Source: Bacillota bacterium (GTDB lineage: Bacteria > Bacillota > Clostridia > Christensenellales > Christensenellaceae). Taken from it: a stretch of 32,000 nt of DNA. Under the pieces are notes generated by a model. That model was not told the origin of the DNA. It was given only the letters and a program-made list of their open reading frames with translations, and did no database searches. The DNA lies in contig JAEYKI010000015.1 in NCBI GenBank assembly GCA_023408315.1, forward strand, positions 8,985 to 40,984, given 5' to 3'. This document shows positions 9,921 to 17,478 of the stretch, piece by piece. Position 1 is the stretch's first letter. Each line of letters starts with the position of its first letter. A program made the translations under genes and the position numbers.

Positions 9921-12632
9921 ATGGAAGACCTTGAAAACCAGCGCCCAGACCCGGATGCTCTGCTCCGGAGTATATGCCGGGAAGAAAAAAGCCGGGCTGG
10001 CAGGCTTAAAATTTTTTTTGGATACTCTGCAGGTGTAGGAAAGACCTATTCCATGCTGGGTGACGCGCATGATCTTTTAAAACACGGCGTAGATGTTATT
10101 GTAGGCTACGTGGAGCCCCATACAAGGCCTGAGACTATGCGGCTTTTGGAAGGGCTTCCCTGTATGCCGCCCCAAGTGCTTCCCTATAAAAACATAGAAC
10201 TGAAAGAATTTGATTTGGATGCAGCATTGAAAAGGCATCCGGAAGTAATCCTGGTGGACGAGCTTGCACATACCAATGCGCCGGGCGCGCGCAACAAAAA
10301 AAGGTATCAGGATGTGGAGGAGCTTTTAAATGCCGGGATTGACGTGTACACAACCGTAAATGTGCAGCACATTGAAAGCCTTATAGATATTGTACAGAAT
10401 ATTACTAATGTAAATGTACGGGAGACTGTTCCGGACTATATATTTGACAACGCGGATAAGGTTGAACTGATTGATATTGGGGCGGACGAACTGCTCCGGC
10501 GTTTCCGGGAGGGCAAGGTTTACAGCCCGGACAGGGCGCGGGCCGCCATGCATAACTTTTTTACAAAAGAAAATTTGCGTCTCCTGCGCGAACTTGCAAT
10601 GCGCAGCACGGCTGACTGGTTGGGAAGCGCAAATCAAAATGAACCGCAAATTGTAGAAAAATCAACAAATATCAAATTACTTGTTTGCATCAGCCCGTCT
10701 CCATCATCAACCAAGTGTATCCGCTGGACAGAACGGACTGCAAAAGCTTTTCATGCGCCGTGGGTCGCGGTATATGTGGAAGACATGCATAGCCATACTC
10801 TGTCAGACGAACAAAAGAAAAACGTCCGTACAAACCTGGACCTGGCGGAACAACTGGGCGCGGAAATAGCCACCCTGAACGGAAACGATATTGCCACGGT
10901 GATAGCCGAATACGCAAAACTTTCGGGGATTACAAACATAGTGGTGGGTAAAAGCAGAAGAAAAAAATCTTTTTGGAGTTATTTTGAAGCTGACCTGGAA
11001 GACAAGCTTATGTCCATGCTATCCACCGTGGAAGTACATATTATACCTGACGCCAGTAACGTTCAAAAGTCGTTCAGGAAACCGCCGAAAGTCAGGCTGG
11101 GCAGGGGCCTGCTTTTTTCCTGGCGCGATTTTTGGATGATGATTGGCATTCTTGCAGCAGCGACTCTTTTATCTGAAGGGCTGCGTGCGCTTACTATTGC
11201 GGACCAGAATATTATAATGGCATATATTTTATCTGTGCTCATTATATCCAGGATTACCACTGGATATCTGTTTGGGATCATTGCTTCCATATTGAGTGTG
11301 CTGGCCTTTAATTTTTTCTTTACGGAGCCGTATTTTACGCTGAACGCATACCAGCCCGGATATCCTGTTACATTTGCGATTATGTTCTTTGTGGCGTTTC
11401 TCACCAGCGCGCTGACTTCCACCGTAAAGGCACAGGCCCTGATTGCTGTTTCCAGGGAGCGGCGGACGGAGGTGCTGTACGAAATAAATAAAAAGTTGCT
11501 TGCCACCAGGGGTATTGAAAATATTGTGGCATTGACAAACGAATACCTTATTGCCTTGTTTGACCGGTCCGTTATTTTTTATGTGGACGATCCGGCAGAC
11601 AGCGCAGCAGAATATTTTGTGCAATCACCGGCTGAGCTGGATGCGTCCGCCATGAAGGGCGAAGATGAGCGTGCTGTTGCGCACTGGGTTTTTGTAAACC
11701 AGAAACGCGCGGGAGCGGGTACGGATACACTGATGGGGGCGATTGCGTTTTATATGCCCGTTATTTCGCAGGGCATTGTTTTAGGCGTGTTTGGCCTTTC
11801 CTGTTTTAAAGGAAAGGTTGACCATAAGGACAGGCTATTTTTACGGATGATCGCTTCGCTTGTCGCTTTGGCTTTGGAACGCCAGGCTTTATCTGACGAG
11901 CAGAGACAGATGACAATCCAGTCCGAAAAAGAAAAGGTGCGCAGCAACCTGCTTCGTGCGATTTCCCATGACTTGCGTACGCCTCTTACCTGTATTTTAG
12001 GCGCAAGCTCGGCAGTGCTTGAAAACGGAGATTCTTTGGATCACGAGACCCGTGACAAGCTAATTGGGGATATTAAGGAAGATTCCCAATGGCTGATTCG
12101 TATGGTGGAAAATATTCTGTCCGTAACCAGGATTGATGAAGGCACAATGAATGTTATAAAAAAACCGGAGGTTGTTGAGGAAATATTGGCGGAGGCTGTA
12201 AGCCGCATCCACAAGCGGTTTGGGAACAGAAAAATATCTGTAAAAGTACCGGATGAGCTATTGATCGTGCCCATGGACGGCACTTTAATAGAGCAGGTTT
12301 TAATCAACCTGATTGAGAATGCAATCAAACATTCACCGGATGATTCAGTTATACATGTTTCCGTTACAAAAAGCGGTCAAGAAGCCGTATTTGAAGTGGT
12401 GGACCACGGGAGCGGGATTGCAGTGGAAGCGCTCCCGCACCTTTTTGAGAATTACATTATGAACGGCGGGCAAAGCCCGGATGCAAGCAGGGGAATGGGA
12501 ATTGGGCTTTCCATTTGTATGTCTATTATAAAGGCGCATCATGGCGGTATGGAGGCGAACAATAATCCGGAGGGTGGAGCGGTGTTTAAATTTACTTTAC
12601 CATTGGAAGAGGAGAGGGAATATGCAGGTTAA
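9921..12632 (+). CDS. kdpD: Sensor histidine kinase KdpD (full length)
   Basis: N-terminal KdpD domain with P-loop GYSAGVGKT, Usp-like region, four TM helices, GAF-like segment, H-box AISHDLRTPLT, and HATPase G-boxes (DHGSGI, GMGIGLS). Confidence 0.93.
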   Translation: MEDLENQRPDPDALLRSICREEKSRAGRLKIFFGYSAGVGKTYSMLGDAHDLLKHGVDVIVGYVEPHTRPETMRLLEGLPCMPPQVLPYKNIELKEFDLDAALKRHPEVILVDELAHTNAPGARNKKRYQDVEELLNAGIDVYTTVNVQHIESLIDIVQNITNVNVRETVPDYIFDNADKVELIDIGADELLRRFREGKVYSPDRARAAMHNFFTKENLRLLRELAMRSTADWLGSANQNEPQIVEKSTNIKLLVCISPSPSSTKCIRWTERTAKAFHAPWVAVYVEDMHSHTLSDEQKKNVRTNLDLAEQLGAEIATLNGNDIATVIAEYAKLSGITNIVVGKSRRKKSFWSYFEADLEDKLMSMLSTVEVHIIPDASNVQKSFRKPPKVRLGRGLLFSWRDFWMMIGILAAATLLSEGLRALTIADQNIIMAYILSVLIISRITTGYLFGIIASILSVLAFNFFFTEPYFTLNAYQPGYPVTFAIMFFVAFLTSALTSTVKAQALIAVSRERRTEVLYEINKKLLATRGIENIVALTNEYLIALFDRSVIFYVDDPADSAAEYFVQSPAELDASAMKGEDERAVAHWVFVNQKRAGAGTDTLMGAIAFYMPVISQGIVLGVFGLSCFKGKVDHKDRLFLRMIASLVALALERQALSDEQRQMTIQSEKEKVRSNLLRAISHDLRTPLTCILGASSAVLENGDSLDHETRDKLIGDIKEDSQWLIRMVENILSVTRIDEGTMNVIKKPEVVEEILAEAVSRIHKRFGNRKISVKVPDELLIVPMDGTLIEQVLINLIENAIKHSPDDSVIHVSVTKSGQEAVFEVVDHGSGIAVEALPHLFENYIMNGGQSPDASRGMGIGLSICMSIIKAHHGGMEANNNPEGGAVFKFTLPLEEEREYAG

Positions 12633-13317
12633 ATCAGTAATTTTGATCGTCGAAGACGAGAGTGGAATCCGCAACTTTATATCTGCAATTCTAGGTTCCA
12701 ATGGTTTCGATGTAATAAAAGCGGAAAAAGGCGTGAATGCAATTTCAATGGTTGCCTCCTACTGTCCGGATGTTGTATTGCTTGACCTGGGGCTGCCGGA
12801 TATGGACGGAATCGAGGTTTTAAAAAGCATCCGCGAGTGGTCAAATGTGCCGGTTATTGTGGTTTCAGCTCGGGAACAGGAACGCGAAAAAGTAGAGGCC
12901 CTGGATTTGGGCGCAGACGATTATATCACGAAACCGTTTGGCACTTCAGAACTTCTGGCAAGGATACGTACAGCCTTGCGCCATAGCCATTCCAATGTGA
13001 GTGCGTCCGGAATCAAGTCAAATAGGGTAGTGATTGACGAATTGGAGATTAACTACGAAAAAAGGCTGGTAAGCCTGGCCGGTGTAGAAGTACACCTAAC
13101 GCCCATAGAATATAAAATTATCGTTTTGCTTTCGGAACATTTGGGCAAAGTTTTGACGCACGATTATATTATAAAGGAAGTCTGGGGACCGCATGTAAAC
13201 GAAGTGCAGGCGCTCAGGGTCAACATGGCTAATATTCGAAGAAAGCTGGAAGTGAATCCGGCTGAACCAAAATATATTCTAACAGAAGTAGGCGTTGGAT
13301 ACAGAATGGTGGAATAA
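12622..13317 (+). CDS. kdpE: OmpR-family response regulator KdpE
   Basis: I place the start at ATG 12622 (MQVKSVILIVEDE), behind the RBS GGAAGAGGAGAGGG and overlapping the kdpD stop by 11 nt. The ORF-track start at 12541 is an upstream extension. Receiver motif LLDLGLPDMDG and a winged-helix C-terminus (..LTEVGVGYRMVE). Confidence 0.9.
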   Translation: MQVKSVILIVEDESGIRNFISAILGSNGFDVIKAEKGVNAISMVASYCPDVVLLDLGLPDMDGIEVLKSIREWSNVPVIVVSAREQEREKVEALDLGADDYITKPFGTSELLARIRTALRHSHSNVSASGIKSNRVVIDELEINYEKRLVSLAGVEVHLTPIEYKIIVLLSEHLGKVLTHDYIIKEVWGPHVNEVQALRVNMANIRRKLEVNPAEPKYILTEVGVGYRMVE

Positions 13318-13553
13318 AGTTTTATTGTGTCTGTTAAAAATGCCTTTAATAAAAGAAATATTGCTTGATTGTTTTCAAAAAATGTCTACTCATATTTTAA
13401 GATATACTCATAAAACTGATTATTAATTAAATGATTTAATTAATCTCGTTTTTTAATTATTCCTTATTTCAAGCCTTTATATAGATCGTTACGCGAAATT
13501 TTAGGGGAACGAGGTAATATGAGAAATTGATCGCTCGGGGAGCTTTTTAAAAA
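13315..13553 (+). repeat. Direct repeat copy 2 (~240 bp); starts at the kdpE stop codon
   Basis: See copy 1 (3733-3973); same orientation. It ends with gatcgctcggggagctttttaaaaa, a weak hairpin plus T-run that may serve as the kdp terminator. Confidence 0.75.
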
Positions 13554-13767
13554 CAGAGATAAGTCAGCCGCCCTCGCCTCCGCTATTTACCAAATATCGC
13601 TGATGCATTCAAATAAGCTGCATTGGTGATATCTTTATTAAAGCATATGCATTCTTTTTTGCTAATTTAGTATACATGGTTCCTCATATTTTTTGACAAG
13701 AGGAACGGAAAGCCTACGAATGGAATCATTAATACATTTGGCGATGGAAAAAGCAAGTAATTGCACA

Positions 13768-13804
13768 GAAAAAAAGAAGAGCAATGAATATCCGTTCATT
13801 ACTC
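13768..13804 (-). terminator. Rho-independent terminator of the P-type ATPase gene
   Basis: On the minus strand, GAGTAATGAA-cggata-TTCATTGCTC (one mismatch) is followed by TTCTTTTTTTC, ~35 nt after the stop codon. Confidence 0.6.
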
Positions 13805-13838
13805 TCTATAGTGTAAGCGCTAAATACCGGGCAAAAGG

Positions 13839-16499
13839 TTAGTGTTTTTTAATTCTCCTTAATAGTAGCTTTACAAATTCAGATATCATAATAACACTAA
13901 ATGAAACCCCAAATATTTTTAGCCACATCATTAAGTCAAGGGGGATTGTCCCGAAAAACGCGCCTGCAAATTGTATAATTACAATTTGCAATACAAAGGT
14001 AATTGAAATAACCAGCAGCATAATCTTATTTTTCAACATATGCCTGAAAATACTGACCGAGTGAAGTTCACGGCAGTTAAAGGCATTAAACAGCTGAAAT
14101 AAAGCAAATAATGTGAAAAGCACGGTGGCCGTTTGTTCTTTTGCCGCTCCCAAAAAATTAAAGGCGTATTGGCATAAAAAGATGATAGAAATATATGCGC
14201 CGACAAGCCCAATCCTTATCAGCATATCCTTGGATACAATATTATCACTACGTTTTGTAGGCGGGCGGCCCATCAGATCATCGTAAATGGGTTCCAGCCC
14301 CAAGGTGAGAGCAGGAGGACCGTCCATGATGATATTGATCCATAAGAGCTGCAAGGCGGTAAAGGGTGCGTTGAATCCCAAAATAATCGATGTGAAAACA
14401 ACGATAACAGAGGACACGTTTACTGTAAGCTGAAATTGAATGAACCGTTTAAAGTTTTCGTAAATACCGCGTCCCCAGGCAACTGCCTTGACAATTGTTG
14501 AAAAGGAGTCATCCAGAAGTACGATATCGCTTGCTTCTTTAGACACTTCAGTACCTGATATGCCCATGGCAATGCCGACATCGGCATTTTTAAGCGCAGG
14601 GGCATCATTGATGCCGTCTCCGGTAACAGCAACCACATTTCCTTGCACCTTTAAAAGTTTGACAATCCGCATTTTTATGGTAGGGGTGCTTCGGGCAATA
14701 ACACTTATTTTTGGAAGCGCCATTAACAATTCATCATCGCTTAAATCTGCGATGTCTTTAGACTCAACAGCGATGCGCTCTCCGGATAAAACATGAAGTT
14801 CGTTGGCAATAGCGGTAGCCGTAACAATATTGTCTCCAGTCAGTATTTTAAGGTCAATACCGGCTAAGCGGCAATTCTTAACGGCTTCATACACATCGGC
14901 GCGCAGAGGATCGGATATGGCAACAAAGCCATCAAAAATCATGTTGGTTTCCATTGTGGCGTGGTGGAGCTCGTTTTCATAGTCCCGCATATCATCCAGT
15001 TCTTTGTGCGCAAAGGCTATTACACGCATGGCTTTTTCCTGCGCCTTTGTAATGTATTGCTCAATCTCGTTCTTTTTGGGAGCCGAAATATCGCACATGG
15101 CGAATACGCATTCAGGACTGCCTTTTACATAGGAGATAATTTTTCCGTCTACTTTGCTGATCGTGGTCATATGCTTCAATTCGGAGGAAAATGGGAAAGC
15201 GTATAATACATCATGCTCTGAACGTTCATCCTTATAGGATTTTCCGCTTTTTTGGCGGGCATCCGAGCGCTCGTAGAAATTTAAAATTGCACATTCTGTG
15301 GGGTTCCCGATAAAAGTACCGTTCTGAGAAATATCCGCAGTTGTGTTGAGGCAGATATTATGAACAATCCAATTGGATGAGAGCTCCGACGGCTTTTCAT
15401 GCCATTTGGTATCAAAGAAGGTCGAAACCGTCATTTTATTCTCGGTCAGTGTACCGGTTTTATCCGAGCATATCACATTGATACACCCAACGGTTTCGGA
15501 TGCAATCATTTTTTTAACCAAGGCGTTTTGACGGGAAAGCTTAATAATATTAAGCGAGAGGGATACGGCCACGATGGTGGGAAGTCCTTCGGGTACGGCG
15601 GCTACGATCAGTACAATGCTGGTGACAAAAGCCTCCAGCACTTCCTCAAATACAAGCCCGCCTGACATGGCAAAAGAGATGATTTCAGTTGTAAAAACAA
15701 TTGCCGCGGCGATTACTCCCAGAATGGTGATTGTTTTGCCGAGCCGCGCTAGTTTTTCCTGAAGCGGTGTGGAAGTTCTCTCCGTTTGAGTAAGTTCCTT
15801 TGCGATTTTTCCGAATTCCGTGCTGTCGCCGACTGCCGTTACCACCATTTTGCAATATCCGCTTGTGATGTAATTTCCCGAATAAAGCATATTAGAGCGA
15901 TCAGCAAGAGGTGTTTTTTCGTCTGCAATGAGAAAGTCGGCATCCTTTTTTGCCGGAACACTTTCGCCGGTCAGCGCGGATTCGTCCGCTGCAAGGCCCA
16001 CGCTTTCCAGCAATCTTCCATCAGCGGGGATTTTGTCTCCTGTAGAGAGAAGCAAAATGTCGCCGACCACGATCTCCTTTTGGCCTATTAAAACCGTATC
16101 ACCGTCACGCAGAACCTTGATAACCATGTCTTCGCTAATTTTTGAAAGAGCCTCGAATGCTTTGGCGCTCTTGCCCTCCATGACAACGGTGATAATGACC
16201 GAAAGCGAAATTGCGGCAAATATGCCGACACATTCCAAGAAGTCCGATTCGCCGCCCGTCGCTGCACGTATAATGTTGACGAAAAGCGCAATGATTCCTG
16301 CCATGATCAGCATCAAGACCATCGGTTCACGGGCGGCCCCTAAAATGCGCTTTGCCAAGGATTCAGGCTTTGCTTTTGTAAGCGTGTTCAGGCCAAATTG
16401 CACTTGGTTCTTAATTGCCTGATCTGTTGTCAGACCGGCAGATGGGCTTGTGTTCAACCGGCGTATCAGATCGTCTTTGGTTTCTAGAAATTCCTGCAA
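13839..16499 (-). CDS. Cation-transporting P-type ATPase, type II (Ca2+ and possibly Mn2+ exporter family), 886 aa
   Basis: Motifs LTGESVP, CSDKTGTLTENKM and VTGDGINDAPALKNADVGIAMG. N-terminal Cation_ATPase_N-like segment and ~10 TM helices. TTG start 8 nt after GGAGG. Confidence 0.9.
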   Translation of the reverse strand: MQEFLETKDDLIRRLNTSPSAGLTTDQAIKNQVQFGLNTLTKAKPESLAKRILGAAREPMVLMLIMAGIIALFVNIIRAATGGESDFLECVGIFAAISLSVIITVVMEGKSAKAFEALSKISEDMVIKVLRDGDTVLIGQKEIVVGDILLLSTGDKIPADGRLLESVGLAADESALTGESVPAKKDADFLIADEKTPLADRSNMLYSGNYITSGYCKMVVTAVGDSTEFGKIAKELTQTERTSTPLQEKLARLGKTITILGVIAAAIVFTTEIISFAMSGGLVFEEVLEAFVTSIVLIVAAVPEGLPTIVAVSLSLNIIKLSRQNALVKKMIASETVGCINVICSDKTGTLTENKMTVSTFFDTKWHEKPSELSSNWIVHNICLNTTADISQNGTFIGNPTECAILNFYERSDARQKSGKSYKDERSEHDVLYAFPFSSELKHMTTISKVDGKIISYVKGSPECVFAMCDISAPKKNEIEQYITKAQEKAMRVIAFAHKELDDMRDYENELHHATMETNMIFDGFVAISDPLRADVYEAVKNCRLAGIDLKILTGDNIVTATAIANELHVLSGERIAVESKDIADLSDDELLMALPKISVIARSTPTIKMRIVKLLKVQGNVVAVTGDGINDAPALKNADVGIAMGISGTEVSKEASDIVLLDDSFSTIVKAVAWGRGIYENFKRFIQFQLTVNVSSVIVVFTSIILGFNAPFTALQLLWINIIMDGPPALTLGLEPIYDDLMGRPPTKRSDNIVSKDMLIRIGLVGAYISIIFLCQYAFNFLGAAKEQTATVLFTLFALFQLFNAFNCRELHSVSIFRHMLKNKIMLLVISITFVLQIVIIQFAGAFFGTIPLDLMMWLKIFGVSFSVIMISEFVKLLLRRIKKH

Positions 16500-16538
16500 T
16501 GCAAATTCCTCCTATTTATAAGATATTCAATGGCTTGT

Positions 16539-16583
16539 ACAAAATAAAAGGCTCGTGCATAGTATTACCGCTATACACGAGCC
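16539..16583 (-). terminator. Leader terminator 2 (proximal to the ATPase start)
   Basis: On the minus strand, GGCTCGTG-tatagcggtaatactatg-CACGAGCC is followed by TTTTATTTTGT. Confidence 0.55.
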
Positions 16584-16585
16584 TT

Positions 16586-16631
16586 AAAAAATAAAAGACT
16601 ATGTACGGCTGTAGAAGCTATACATGAGTCT
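16586..16631 (-). terminator. Leader terminator 1 (directly after the candidate aptamer)
   Basis: On the minus strand, AGACTCATGTA-tagcttctacagccg-TACAT-AGTCT (one bulge) is followed by TTTATTTTTT. Confidence 0.5.
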
Positions 16632-16714
16632 CGTTTATTAAGACAAGCCAGACCTTTTACAGTCAGTATGTTGACTTGACACGCAGAATTCTGCGCAAAC
16701 TACTCCCTCACGAG
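16630..16714 (-). promoter_or_regulatory. Candidate yybP-ykoY-like (Mn2+) riboswitch aptamer in the ATPase 5' leader
   Basis: On the minus strand, CUCGU-GAGGGAGUAG-...-ACGAG. GAGGGAGUAG matches the highly conserved GGGGAGUAG loop of yybP-ykoY in 8 of 9 positions. A closing helix (CUCGU/ACGAG) and internal hairpins (GCGCAG-AAUU-CUGCGU and AGUCA-ACAUAC-UGACU) are present. I could not confirm the 3' half against the consensus from memory. Confidence 0.4.
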
Positions 16715-16733
16715 TATTTCTAATTATATTAAA

Positions 16734-16764
16734 ACTTTATCATGTACTAAGGAGTTTTGTCAAG
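16734..16764 (-). promoter_or_regulatory. Sigma-A-type promoter for the ATPase leader
   Basis: On the minus strand, TTGACA (complement 16759-16764), a 15-nt gap, then the extended -10 TGaTAAAGT (complement 16734-16742); TTGACA-to-TAAAGT spacing 18 nt. Confidence 0.5.
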
Positions 16765-16836
16765 GTAAAAACAATCTGGCTTTCAATCAGCTTCGGGCTA
16801 ACTATATAGTGAAATTGATAGGGCGAGGGTATTTTA

Positions 16837-16930
16837 GACAGTTTTTTCTGGACAGTCTAATTACCGGGCGGCATTTTTTCTCCTGTTTTTCGCAATATTC
16901 GTTTTCTCCCTGGTTTGGCGTTATAAATGT
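16837..16930 (-). mobile_element. Third fragment of the same IS3-family right end (last ~23 transposase codons plus the inner part of the inverted repeat)
   Basis: gacagttttttctggacagtctaattaccgggcggcattttttc..tcctgtttttcgcaatattcgttttctccctggtttggcgttataaa aligns with 3994-4088. The ORF-track peptide ..FITPNQGENEYCEKQEKK.. parallels ..FITPNQAESEYFEKQEKEK.. of the full copy. Confidence 0.75.
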
Positions 16931-17046
16931 ACAGTGCTTGACCAATCCTATTTTATACAAGTTAGAAAAGTGGCAAAGAGACAATTTTACTGGATATTCA
17001 GAAATATAATACCAAACTACTGCTAGATACAAATTTAAATATCATA

Positions 17047-17088
17047 TTGACATTCTTCGATTTGATAGCATATAATAGCCATATCGAA
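17047..17088 (+). promoter_or_regulatory. Sigma-A promoter of the arsR-hgcAB operon, with a possible ArsR operator
   Basis: TTGACA (17047-17052), 18-nt spacer, TATAAT (17071-17076). The inverted hexamers TTCGAT (17056-17061) and ATCGAA (17083-17088) flank the -10 element. Confidence 0.55.
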
Positions 17089-17111
17089 TATTTTAGATTT
17101 GAGGCTGCGTT

Positions 17112-17447
17112 ATGGAAAATTATATTGAACATACAAAAGTATTTAAGGCGCTGGGCGATCCCAAAAGAGCTATGATAGTTGATATGCTCTCTTGCGGGGA
17201 ACTGTGTGCCTGCAAAATTTTGGAGAAATTCAAATTGTCTCAGTCCACGCTGTCCCACCACATGAAACTTCTATGCGAGTGTGGGTTGGTTAATGGCAGG
17301 GAAGAAGGCAAGTGGACATATTACTCTTTGGATGCGGACACCATCAGCGGGACAAAACAGTTTTTTTGCACTATCACAACCGATAAAGAAAACTGCATTT
17401 GCAAAGGAAATGCTGACTGCTGCAAAGGATGTGATGAAAATGAGTAA
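17112..17447 (+). CDS. arsR: ArsR/SmtB-family metalloregulator (As(III)-type site) with a Cys-rich C-terminal tail
   Basis: LSCGELCACKILEKFKLSQSTLSHHMKLLCECGLV closely parallels the ELCVCDL..SRHL..L..GL core of plasmid R773 ArsR. The tail ENCICKGNADCCKGCDENE contributes six more cysteines. Confidence 0.9.
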   Translation: MENYIEHTKVFKALGDPKRAMIVDMLSCGELCACKILEKFKLSQSTLSHHMKLLCECGLVNGREEGKWTYYSLDADTISGTKQFFCTITTDKENCICKGNADCCKGCDENE

Positions 17448-17478
17448 AGAAAAATCGTGCTGCTCTTCTCCCGGCTGC
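17356..17478 (+). repeat. Cys-rich module, copy 1 (overlaps the arsR 3' end and the hgcA 5' end)
   Basis: Paralogous at DNA level to 17518-17640, with a 162-bp period. In the hgcA frame it reads NSFFALSQPIKKTAFAKEMLTAAKDVMKMSKEKSCCSSPGC. Confidence 0.75.

Noticed and set aside
12541-12621. N-terminal extensions suggested by the ORF track for kdpE (12541), the ABC permease (26377), the ABC ATPase (27368), the LacI regulator (30081), YjbQ (22619) and TIM (23348)
   Set aside because: In each case an internal start codon with a properly spaced GGAGG-type RBS gives the canonical family N-terminus. The upstream extensions overlap the preceding gene, a hairpin or the RBS itself.
13690-13838. ~40-codon + strand ORF (MESLIHLAMEKASNC...) between repeat copy 2 and the ATPase 3' end
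   Set aside because: It has a weak RBS and no recognisable features. It overlaps the ATPase terminator hairpin, and a single sequence gives no conservation evidence.
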